The notes beneath the pieces were generated by a model. The model searched no databases. It had not been told where the DNA came from and was given only the letters and a program-made list of their open reading frames with translations. DNA of 19,751 bases from Halalkalibacterium halodurans (GTDB lineage: Bacteria; Bacillota; Bacilli; Bacillales; Bacillaceae_D): assembly GCF_004376175.1 (NCBI RefSeq), contig NZ_SNUY01000013.1:45382-65132 (forward strand). Direction: 5' to 3'. Of the stretch, positions 8,620 to 16,046 are shown in pieces (the first letter of the stretch is position 1; each line of letters opens with the position of its first letter). Both the position numbers and the translations under genes were made by a program.

Positions 8620-8723
8620 ATAAATCCTCCTCCTATCGCCTTAGTCGTAGGCTTACTCTCCATTATTAAGGAACAGGAGGAGAGATACTATGGATACATC
8701 ACCAAAAATAATCCGCTTCCACT

Positions 8724-9839
8724 TTAATTTTTTAGATTATCTTCTAAAAAGAATAAGCTTAGATACAGGGTCGTTAAGTCGTGAAAATCACGAGGGTTTA
8801 ACCCCGTCTTGTCTTCCACTTTTTTCAGTCGATAGTGAAGCGTATTAATATGGATATGAAGGGTTTCGGCTGTCTCTTTGAACGATTGATTACGCGCAAT
8901 AAATGTTTTTAACGTTTCAAGTAAATCCTCATCTTTCATGATCGGTTCAAGGGTTCGTTGGACGAAATCTACCCGAGTTTGTTTTTTGACATCTTGTAAA
9001 CACATGTCTAGGCGAAGGTCTTCTTCAAAGACAATGGATTGAGTACGCACCGCCACCGCCAAGGCACGTTCAGCCTGCTCAAAAGAACGATACAGCTCTT
9101 GTGGACAAACGCTTTGACCCACTCCAAAAGAAAGGGAGTGTCTGTACTTATTTTGAATGTATTTTTGGATTTGTTGAATCGAATGGACCGCACGTTCTTT
9201 TCCCTCCGCTTTGTTCGCTAGCAGCATCACAAACCGATCATTTCCCCAACGAACGAGAAGGTCATCCTTTTGCCGAGTGAACGTTTGGCTAACATCTATC
9301 CACCACTCCCGTTGAATCCGTTCCCTATTGTGTTGACCATAATAGCCAATGATCACTTGCCTAGAAACCGTTAAATCAATATGTAACATCTTCGCTTGAT
9401 TGATAAAGCTACGTGTCCATTCCTTTTGCTGCACCCAATCAAAAACGAAGGCTTCCAGCGTGCGCGCATGCCATTCTAGCTGCTCTGCATAATATTTCTC
9501 CTTAATGAGCAATTCGGTCATTTTCCTCAATAGCTCTCCGTAGGCAGAAACTTTCGAAGGGTCGCCCGTGATTCCGATTACGCCTACCACTTGATCCTGA
9601 AAGAAAATAGGGAGATTGATCCCTGCTTTCACACCAGTTAATTTGCTTTCATCATCTTGTGTAATAATCAATCGGCGTCGCTCGTTGTACGAAATGAGAG
9701 CTCCCTCGTGAAAGGAGCCCATTCGCTCTTTGTCCGTGCTTGCAATAATCGTTCCACTTGGATCAACCACGATCAAATCTTCATCAAGCAGCTTTCGCAC
9801 CTCTGAAATAATCGTATGCGCTAATGAAGGTCGAATCAT
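8724..9839 (-). CDS. CdaR/PucR-family transcriptional regulator (sugar-diacid-type sensor plus C-terminal PucR HTH); YsfB-like by position
   Basis: 371 aa. The N-terminal IISEVRKLLDEDLIVVDPSGTIIASTDKERMGSFHEGA resembles the diacid recognition domain. The C-terminal ETAETLHIHINTLHYRLKKVEDKTGLNPRDF is a PucR-type HTH. It sits directly upstream of glcD-glcF, as ysfB does in B. subtilis. Confidence 0.85.
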   Translation of the reverse strand: MIRPSLAHTIISEVRKLLDEDLIVVDPSGTIIASTDKERMGSFHEGALISYNERRRLIITQDDESKLTGVKAGINLPIFFQDQVVGVIGITGDPSKVSAYGELLRKMTELLIKEKYYAEQLEWHARTLEAFVFDWVQQKEWTRSFINQAKMLHIDLTVSRQVIIGYYGQHNRERIQREWWIDVSQTFTRQKDDLLVRWGNDRFVMLLANKAEGKERAVHSIQQIQKYIQNKYRHSLSFGVGQSVCPQELYRSFEQAERALAVAVRTQSIVFEEDLRLDMCLQDVKKQTRVDFVQRTLEPIMKDEDLLETLKTFIARNQSFKETAETLHIHINTLHYRLKKVEDKTGLNPRDFHDLTTLYLSLFFLEDNLKN

Positions 9840-10233
9840 TATGGATACGCCCCCTTTCTCTTCCCATGCCGTTTTTCCTATTGTAACGTGAAAAGCAATT
9901 GTCCATCAGCCCTTCAATAAAATTTGAATGGTTCACGTCAAATGAAAGAAATAAATCTTGAACGCCTTGAAAAGTCTTGGCTTTCATCAACTTTAAGAAA
10001 TCGTTGGAGTCACGAAATCCTCTTTCGTGAGTCTATGAAAACCCAAAAAACGTGGAGAAAAAGATGAACAAAGAGGGATTATTTCTAACCTTAAAATTGC
10101 AGTTGTCGTAGCACAAGGCCGTAACTTGAATTAGGGCAAAGCTTGCATTTGAAAAACGAGTTGAGCACATGCTTATTTCTGCGTCTCAAAAATCTGTAAA
10201 AACGTCTGTTCAGGACCTGAGGCAATAGCTTAA

Positions 10234-10861
10234 TTACTCTTTTATCTGCTTTATCTTTTCATTGCAAATATTGATTGCATATTCCGTTGAGTCGATAAGT
10301 TCTTTATTCCCTTTTTCCACTCTGATTCTTAATGCCTTTTTAACGTATTTTAAAGCCAATTGATATTCACTTTGGTCAAATAGGTTTTTTCCGTAATGCT
10401 GATATACGAAGTCCAAATAATTACTATGTTCGGTATCGCTTTCTGACTGTTCCTTAAGTTTCTTAAATAATTTATTGGATTTATGATAGTTGGTTTCCCA
10501 TTGATATGTGTGTGCAAGGCGTAACTCATTGACAAACAGGCTCTTATGATTCCCTGATTGTATATTCATTTCAATTGCTAAACTAAGATATTTTTTACTA
10601 TCTTCTATTTTGTTGACAATTCTTGAATATACACCAATGAGACCATATGTTTTAGCCAATTCTTCCTCATTATCTTGGGGGCTATGACTCTGTTTTTTTT
10701 AAAATTCAATGCCTTTAATCATATCAATTGTTGAAACTGGAACTTCCCTTAAATTATCATCAAAGTAAAAATCCAAATTGGATGGAATATTAGACAAATC
10801 CAAGCAATACCCCTTTATTAAGTTGCATTTTTAATGAATTAAGAGTATTTTGGAGAAGCAT
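10234..10861 (-). pseudogene. TPR-repeat protein gene, apparently disrupted (one frameshift and one in-frame TAA)
   Basis: The 141-aa TTG ORF (10234-10659) has TPR-like helices. The same frame continues upstream (LDLSNIPSNLDFYFDDNLREVPVSTIDMIKGIEF) through an in-frame TAA at 10699-10701 that abuts an A8 run. A good SD (AAGGTGAG) plus ATG at 10861 opens a 23-codon frame that is +1 shifted near a GGGG run. Confidence 0.5.
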
Positions 10862-10967
10862 TTTAACTCTCACCTTTCTACATTATTGATTAAAATGGAC
10901 GACTATCAGAGGAATAGCTATACTAGTTTAGTTTAATGGAATTAAATTACGAAAAGGAGACCAACTC

Positions 10968-11243
10968 ATGTTCGATATTAAAAACTACGCAACATTTGAA
11001 AAAATCAAACCAATAAATAAAGGCTGGTCGAGCGACAAAAAATATTATATTGAAACCGTGACGAACGAAAAGATGCTGCTTCGGATAGCCGATATTTCAG
11101 AGTATGACAAGAAGAAATGCGAATTTAAAACAATGAAACGGTTAGCCGAATGCGGTATACCGATGTCGTTTCCTATAGATTTTGGGATCTGCAACAACGG
11201 TCAGAACACGAGTGGAACAAGGCGTGTCTTAAATAAACTTTAG
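10968..11243 (+). pseudogene. N-terminal fragment (about 80 aa) of an aminoglycoside/macrolide phosphotransferase (APH)-family kinase
   Basis: SD AAAGGAGA precedes the ATG. INKGWSSDKKYYIETVTNEKMLLRIADISEYDKKKCEFKTMKRLAECGIPMSFPIDFGICNNG resembles the nucleotide-binding lobe of APH-type kinases, which are about 260-300 aa. This frame ends after 91 aa with an unrelated tail. Confidence 0.55.
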
Positions 11244-11380
11244 AAAGATTCACCAACCGGAATTGTGCTTTTATATTTTTATACCTCTATTGTTTGAGTC
11301 CGTAAAACGGATATACTCGAGGATTCGGTTGCGCGGCAGAAAAGCCATATCAATTTAGATATGACCGTAATATTATTTGC

Positions 11381-11569
11381 TTAATTAGGTGAAGTTTTCC
11401 TGTTAACATAAAATGAAATTAAAGCCACAATTATTAAAATAGGTACTGCATAAATTTGTCCAACTAACAATTTCCAAGCTACTGTGTTATATCCCTCTGA
11501 TGCAGGAAGGATAATGGCAACGATGCATACAATCAAATATGCTAATAATGGTGGAACTACTTTTTTCAT
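11381..11569 (-). CDS. Small hypothetical membrane protein (62 aa, two predicted TM helices)
   Basis: SD GAGAGGGGA precedes the ATG. Two hydrophobic stretches are present (VVPPLLAYLIVCIVAIILPA and IYAVPILIIVALISFYV). I recognise no family. Confidence 0.5.
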   Translation of the reverse strand: MKKVVPPLLAYLIVCIVAIILPASEGYNTVAWKLLVGQIYAVPILIIVALISFYVNRKTSPN

Positions 11570-11711
11570 CTTCTTTTCCCCTCTCTTCTAAGAGTTTAAT
11601 AGTGATTCCATTTATATTATACGACAACCGTTAAATATTTCCCTATTTTTCAATTGTTATTTAAAAGCAACAATCTTTACGAAAAGAGCTGAACATTGAA
11701 CACGGCAAAAA

Positions 11712-11760
11712 CAAAATTTAAACAAAAGAAGAACACCTTTCAATCAACGAAAGGTGTTCT
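11712..11760 (-). terminator. Rho-independent terminator of the tRNA-Val transcript
   Basis: Stem 11730-11740 AGAACACCTTT pairs with 11750-11760 AAAGGTGTTCT (11 bp, 9-nt loop). On the minus strand it is followed by TTCTTTTGTTTAAATTTTGTTTTT. Confidence 0.75.
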
Positions 11761-11777
11761 CTATCAATGTTTTTGAA

Positions 11778-11850
11778 TGACCCGTACTGGGCTCGAACCA
11801 GTGACCTCTACCCTGTCAAGGTAGCGCTCTCCCAACTGAGCTAACGGATC
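11778..11850 (-). tRNA. tRNA-Val, anticodon GAC, 73 nt, 3' CCA not encoded
   Basis: Manual cloverleaf fold:
- acceptor GATCCGT/ACGGGTC (one G-U pair);
- D stem GCTC/GAGC;
- anticodon stem CTACC/GGTAG with loop TTGACAG;
- variable loop AGGTC;
- T arm ACTGG-TTCGAGC-CCAGT;
- discriminator A followed by TTC. Confidence 0.9.
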
Positions 11851-11878
11851 ATGTATGCTGTTAATGAAGACAAGTATT

Positions 11879-11907
11879 ATATTACCTAAAAAATTCGAAA
11901 TGGTCAA
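11879..11907 (-). promoter_or_regulatory. Sigma-A-type promoter for tRNA-Val
   Basis: On the minus strand: TTGACC (11902-11907), a 17-nt spacer, then TAATAT (11879-11884). It lies about 28 nt upstream of the mature tRNA 5' end. Confidence 0.6.
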
Positions 11908-12007
11908 TGCTTTTTTATAAAGAAATTTCTCCTCTATTCTATTCCCCGCTATTTCACACGAAGAGTGACCGACTATCTAAAACATCGTCTAATCTATCGT
12001 CTATTTA

Positions 12008-12062
12008 TACACTATTGTTTATTCACTAACCATAATCTTTTTACAATTTACACTTTTGTCTA
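12008..12062 (+). promoter_or_regulatory. Candidate upstream activator sites: two copies of a 14-mer shared with the proline dehydrogenase upstream region
   Basis: TACACTATTGTTTA (12008-12021) and TACACTTTTGTCTA (12049-12062), starts 41 bp apart. They lie about 55-105 bp upstream of the -24 element. Confidence 0.35.
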
Positions 12063-12114
12063 TTTTATTTTTTTGTTATAAACCTTTTTCCGTTCATTCT
12101 CCGTTTTTAAAAGT

Positions 12115-12130
12115 TGGCATGGAAGTTGCA
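12115..12130 (+). promoter_or_regulatory. Sigma-54 (-24/-12) promoter of the P5C dehydrogenase gene
   Basis: TGGCAT-GGAAG-TTGCA matches TGGCAC-N5-TTGCW with correct GG/GC spacing. It ends 47 nt before the ATG at 12178. Confidence 0.8.
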
Positions 12131-12177
12131 TGTATATATGGGTGAAACGATTAAAAAGTTAATGGAGGGGATTTTTG

Positions 12178-13725
12178 ATGTTGCAACCATATAAGCATGA
12201 GCCATTTACAGATTTTACGGTGGAAGCGAATCGAAAAGCGTTTGAAGAAGCACTTGGACTTGTAGAAAAAGAGTTAGGCAAAGAGTATCCATTAATTATC
12301 AATGGTGAGCGGGTTACAACAGAGGACAAGATCCAATCTTGGAACCCTGCTCGTAAAGATCAATTGGTTGGTTCTGTTTCTAAAGCGAATCAGGACCTTG
12401 CAGAGAAAGCTATTCAATCAGCAGATGAAGCGTTCCAAACTTGGCGCAACGTCAACCCTGAGGAGCGTGCGAACATTTTAGTGAAGGCTGCTGCGATCAT
12501 CCGTCGCCGCAAGCATGAGTTTTCTGCATGGCTTGTACATGAAGCTGGGAAGCCGTGGAAGGAAGCGGATGCGGATACGGCGGAAGCGATCGACTTCCTT
12601 GAATATTATGCTCGGCAAATGATTGAGCTTAATAGGGGAAAAGAGATTCTTAGCCGTCCAGGCGAGCAAAACCGTTACTTCTATACACCAATGGGCGTGA
12701 CAGTTACGATTTCTCCATGGAACTTCGCCCTTGCGATCATGGTCGGTACGGCAGTAGCTCCGATTGTGACAGGAAACACAGTTGTCCTTAAGCCTGCCAG
12801 TACGACACCTGTCGTTGCTGCTAAATTTGTTGAAGTTCTTGAGGATGCAGGGTTACCAAAAGGCGTTATCAACTATGTACCAGGAAGCGGCGCTGAAGTC
12901 GGTGACTACCTTGTTGATCATCCGAAAACGAGTCTTATTACGTTTACGGGCTCAAAAGATGTCGGTGTTCGTTTATATGAGCGGGCAGCTGTTGTTCGAC
13001 CAGGACAAAACCACTTGAAGCGCGTCATTGTAGAAATGGGTGGAAAGGATACCGTTGTCGTCGATCGCGATGCTGATCTTGATTTGGCTGCAGAATCCAT
13101 CCTCGTCTCCGCCTTCGGGTTCTCGGGACAAAAATGTTCTGCTGGGTCACGGGCTGTTATCCACAAGGATGTCTACGATGAAGTGTTAGAAAAAACGGTC
13201 GCCCTTGCGAAAAACTTAACGGTTGGCGATCCTACGAACCGCGACAACTACATGGGACCAGTAATTGATGAAAAAGCGTTTGAAAAAATTATGTCATACA
13301 TTGAAATTGGTAAAAAAGAAGGCCGTCTCATGACGGGCGGAGAAGGAGACAGCTCTACAGGCTTCTTCATCCAACCGACGATTATTGCTGACCTTGATCC
13401 AGAAGCGGTGATCATGCAAGAAGAAATATTTGGACCGGTGGTTGCTTTCAGCAAAGCGAACGATTTTGATCATGCACTCGAAATTGCCAACAACACAGAG
13501 TATGGCTTAACAGGAGCGGTGATTACGAGAAATCGCGCCCACACCGAGCAAGCAAAGCGAGAGTTCCATGTCGGAAACTTGTATTTCAACCGTAATTGCA
13601 CAGGAGCAATCGTTGGCTATCATCCATTTGGCGGCTTTAAAATGTCTGGTACCGATTCAAAAGCAGGTGGTCCTGACTATTTAGCGCTTCATATGCAAGC
13701 GAAGACAGTATCAGAAATGTATTAA
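12178..13725 (+). CDS. pruA: 1-pyrroline-5-carboxylate (L-glutamate gamma-semialdehyde) dehydrogenase, RocA/PutC type
   Basis: Aldehyde dehydrogenase family with catalytic motifs VIVEMGGKD and [13 protein letters not shown]. The N-terminal [10 protein letters not shown] and C-terminal [32 protein letters not shown] are as in Bacillus RocA/PutC. Starting at ATG 12178 (SD GGAGG 12164-12168) gives 515 aa. The track start at 12175 is a TTG one codon upstream. Confidence 0.92.
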   Translation: MLQPYKHEPFTDFTVEANRKAFEEALGLVEKELGKEYPLIINGERVTTEDKIQSWNPARKDQLVGSVSKANQDLAEKAIQSADEAFQTWRNVNPEERANILVKAAAIIRRRKHEFSAWLVHEAGKPWKEADADTAEAIDFLEYYARQMIELNRGKEILSRPGEQNRYFYTPMGVTVTISPWNFALAIMVGTAVAPIVTGNTVVLKPASTTPVVAAKFVEVLEDAGLPKGVINYVPGSGAEVGDYLVDHPKTSLITFTGSKDVGVRLYERAAVVRPGQNHLKRVIVEMGGKDTVVVDRDADLDLAAESILVSAFGFSGQKCSAGSRAVIHKDVYDEVLEKTVALAKNLTVGDPTNRDNYMGPVIDEKAFEKIMSYIEIGKKEGRLMTGGEGDSSTGFFIQPTIIADLDPEAVIMQEEIFGPVVAFSKANDFDHALEIANNTEYGLTGAVITRNRAHTEQAKREFHVGNLYFNRNCTGAIVGYHPFGGFKMSGTDSKAGGPDYLALHMQAKTVSEMY

Positions 13726-13732
13726 TCACAGC

Positions 13733-13766
13733 AAGGTATGGGCTCAGGCTCATACCTTTTTCGTTT
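13733..13766 (+). terminator. Rho-independent terminator after pruA
   Basis: Stem AAGGTATG (13733-13740) pairs with CATACCTT (13751-13758), followed by TTTTTCGTTT. Confidence 0.7.
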
Positions 13767-13774
13767 AAAAATGC

Positions 13775-13801
13775 AAAAACAGGACGCCTCGTAGCGCCCT
13801 G
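13775..13801 (-). terminator. Rho-independent terminator after the activator-bPH gene pair
   Basis: On the minus strand, CAGGGCG-ctacgag-CGTCCTG forms 7 bp including one G-U, followed by TTTTTGCATTTTT. It starts immediately after the stop at 13802-13804. Confidence 0.65.
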
Positions 13802-14194
13802 CTAATGGTCAAGATTTTCGGGAACCCCCTTAAGTTCGATGTTTGGATTTTTGTCCAGCAACAATTGAAGAAACACATCTTCCTTTTCAGGTGAGATGAC
13901 GATGATGTCATAGCCTACCCCATATAGAATCGTCAACCGATCGAGTGACAAGCTTGGCCCTGAAAGCAAGTTTTTCCGCTTTTCAATGCTCCGAATGTCT
14001 TGAATTGGGATGCTCCATCGAAATGGACCACTGATCGCGAATAGTCTGTCCCCATCGATTCGGTCATACGTTCGAAACCAAATCGATAAAAGGAAGATGA
14101 CGATCGAGAGGAGGACAATCAAAAGAATGACACTTTGTTCTACGATCGGAGGAATGAAAAGAACTCCTGCCGATCCGTAACAGCACAAGACCAA
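13802..14194 (-). CDS. Membrane-anchored bacterial PH-domain protein (bPH/DUF1200-like). The long ORF is out of frame with its likely true start at 14225
   Basis: TM helix (VILLIVLLSIVIFLLSIWF) followed by YDRIDGDRLFAISGPFRWSIPIQDIRSIEK...SLSLDRLTILYG...IVISPEKEDVFLQLL, the pattern I associate with bPH_4-type proteins. The strong SD GGGAGGAG plus ATG at 14225 (MTFPSKKDFWIGLVLL) is in a different frame. See the corresponding finding. Confidence 0.6.
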   Translation of the reverse strand: MVLCCYGSAGVLFIPPIVEQSVILLIVLLSIVIFLLSIWFRTYDRIDGDRLFAISGPFRWSIPIQDIRSIEKRKNLLSGPSLSLDRLTILYGVGYDIIVISPEKEDVFLQLLLDKNPNIELKGVPENLDH

Positions 14195-14236
14195 TCCAAA
14201 AATCTTTTTTTGATGGAAATGTCATCGTGCTCCTCC

Positions 14237-15832
14237 CTACTCTAATTCGTATCGTTTCATTTTATTGTAGAGGGTTGCTCTTGAGATACCGAGCAGCTTT
14301 GCGGCTGCCGATTTATTTCCGTACGTCCGCGTCAAGGCTGCTTTGATTTGCGCAACCTCGTCCGCTTTCTCAGGTTGAGCGGCCGGGATTTCGTTTTCCA
14401 CGTTCAATGTTTCCACTTTCCCGTTCTTTCCTTGCAATGCTTCTGGGAGATGGTGGAGCTTGATCACATCGTGCTCATCGCCGCTCAAAATGACAAGTCG
14501 CTCGATCAAATTTCGCAGCTGGCGAATGTTTCCTGGCCACTTATATTTCAGTAACGTGTAAATGACTTCAGGGTCGATCGTCGGGATCGCCTTTGCGTAT
14601 TTCAGCGAAAACTCTTTTAAAAACAGCTGGATCAACTCTGGGATATCCTCTGGTCGTTCGCGAAGAGGAGGAATTGGGATCGAGATGACGTTGATCCGAT
14701 AAAATAAATCCTCGCGAAACTCGCCTTTTTCCACCATCTCTTCTAAATGACGGTTCGTCGCTGCGACAATACGCAAATCGATCGGAATCGCTTCCGTTCC
14801 GCCGACACGGTAGAACATTTTTTCCTGAAGGACGCGCAACAGCTTCACTTGCAATTCAAGCGGGAGCTCCCCGATTTCGTCAAGGAATAGAGTCCCCCCT
14901 TTGGCTGCATCCACCTTCCCTTTTTTCCCACCCTTTACCGCACCTGTAAAGGCGCCTGGTTCATAACCGAACAGTTCGCTTTCAAATAGCGCCGCAGGAA
15001 TTGCCCCACAGTTAATGGCAATGAACGGCTTATCTGCCCTCTGGCTAGCAAGATGGATGCCCTCAGCAAACAGTTCCTTTCCGACTCCGCTCTCTCCTGT
15101 AATGAGAACGGACGCATCGGTTGTGGCGACCTTTTTCGCTAACCGGACGGCGCGCTGAAGGGCATCACTTCGCCCTTTGATCTTTTGAAATGGTGCGAGA
15201 TTGTTTTGCTGGATCACATTGGACTCAAGGTCGTGTAAATACGCGGTCGTTGTCGCCAGCTCATTGTTCAACTTGACGAGGTCACTAATGTCTCTTTCAA
15301 CAGAAATTCCGCCGATTAAGGCACCGTTGCGATAGACGGGCATAGAGTTGATTAATACATGGATGTCATGCTTCGGCTGATTGTATTTTTTCTCTACTTT
15401 CATTTCTTGCTGTATTGTTGAAATAACCATTAATGCGTTGCTATCGAAAAAGGTGTTGATTGGCTGGTCCACCACTTCTTCGTAAGGGAGACCGTACATG
15501 TCTTCCGAGCGTTTGCTCCAACCTTTGACGATTCCGTCTTTATCGACAATCGTCACTGCGTCATCGGCAGAGGCGAGAAACGCTTGAAAGAAAGCATGAT
15601 GCATTTGGTAAGCGTCCAGCAATTGTTTTATGAACGCTTCCTTTGAAATCCATCCAACAGGCTGTCCTTGATCGTCAACAAGGATCATGTCCTTTAGTTC
15701 GGACAGACTCACCTCAGATAGTTTCGTAGATTCATGAACCTTCAGTGCGTCATTCTCTTTTGGCTGTTCTTCTCCTAACGGGCTTGCCATCTCCCGCAAA
15801 CGAACATCTTTAATCAACGGAAACACCTCCAC
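14237..15832 (-). CDS. Sigma-54-dependent enhancer-binding transcriptional activator (CBS-like + PAS + AAA+ with GAFTGA + Fis-type HTH); RocR-like role
   Basis: Walker A GESGVGKE, GAFTGA loop (EPGAFTGA), Walker B LFLDEIGE and C-terminal HTH AAKLLGISRATLYNKMKRY are all present. The PAS-like stretch is FLASADDAVTIVDKDGIVKGWSKRSEDMYG. The probable true start is TTG at 15817 (GGAGGTG SD, 6-nt spacer; 526 aa) rather than the GTG at 15832. Confidence 0.9.
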   Translation of the reverse strand: MEVFPLIKDVRLREMASPLGEEQPKENDALKVHESTKLSEVSLSELKDMILVDDQGQPVGWISKEAFIKQLLDAYQMHHAFFQAFLASADDAVTIVDKDGIVKGWSKRSEDMYGLPYEEVVDQPINTFFDSNALMVISTIQQEMKVEKKYNQPKHDIHVLINSMPVYRNGALIGGISVERDISDLVKLNNELATTTAYLHDLESNVIQQNNLAPFQKIKGRSDALQRAVRLAKKVATTDASVLITGESGVGKELFAEGIHLASQRADKPFIAINCGAIPAALFESELFGYEPGAFTGAVKGGKKGKVDAAKGGTLFLDEIGELPLELQVKLLRVLQEKMFYRVGGTEAIPIDLRIVAATNRHLEEMVEKGEFREDLFYRINVISIPIPPLRERPEDIPELIQLFLKEFSLKYAKAIPTIDPEVIYTLLKYKWPGNIRQLRNLIERLVILSGDEHDVIKLHHLPEALQGKNGKVETLNVENEIPAAQPEKADEVAQIKAALTRTYGNKSAAAKLLGISRATLYNKMKRYELE

Positions 15833-15880
15833 GCCAACGATGTAAGGGTTTACAATAATGTCTAATGTACATTTATTTTA

Positions 15881-15915
15881 TACGATTTTGTCTAAATATT
15901 CTACACTTTTTTTCG
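15881..15915 (+). promoter_or_regulatory. Candidate upstream activator sites: two copies of the 14-mer shared with the pruA upstream region
   Basis: TACGATTTTGTCTA (15881-15894; 12/14 to 12049-12062) and TACACTTTTTTTCG (15902-15915; first 9 nt identical), starts 21 bp apart. They lie about 75-110 bp upstream of the -24 element. Confidence 0.35.
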
Positions 15916-15990
15916 TTGTGACACCTTCCTCCACCAAAACTTTGGTCGTTTTTCACGAAAGGTTGATCCTCTGTAGTGTAACTAATCAAT

Positions 15991-16006
15991 TGGCACGATC
16001 CTTGCA
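15991..16006 (+). promoter_or_regulatory. Sigma-54 (-24/-12) promoter of the proline dehydrogenase gene
   Basis: TGGCAC-GATCC-TTGCA is a perfect match to the consensus. It ends 40 nt upstream of the ATG at 16047. Confidence 0.85.
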
Positions 16007-16046
16007 TGAATATAAAGTAAAAAAGCCTATTAAAGGAGGTTTTTCT

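Noticed and set aside
8690-8863. A 57-codon plus-strand ORF with an apparently excellent SD (AGGAGGAG, 7-nt spacer, ATG 8690), antisense to the 3' end of the CdaR-like gene.
   Set aside because: The SD is simply the complement of the pyrimidine anti-SD tract of the glcD leader. The product (MDTSPKIIRFHFNFLDYLLKRISLD...) has no recognisable features, and most of the ORF is the mirror of a well-supported gene.
9840-11778. A direct repeat of the tRNA-Val 3' end (att-like) that would delimit an integrated island.
   Set aside because: Visual scanning of 9840-11770 found no copy of 12 nt or more of the tRNA 3' segment (complement of 11778-11800). The island interpretation is kept only as a low-confidence inference.
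15858-16046. The 63-aa N-terminal extension of the proline dehydrogenase ORF in the six-frame track (start at 15858).
   Set aside because: The extension runs through the sigma-54 promoter (15991-16006) and the candidate activator sites. It has no SD and reads as low-complexity, AT-driven sequence. A perfect AAAGGAGG lies 7 nt before ATG 16047, and that start gives the normal length of about 306 aa.
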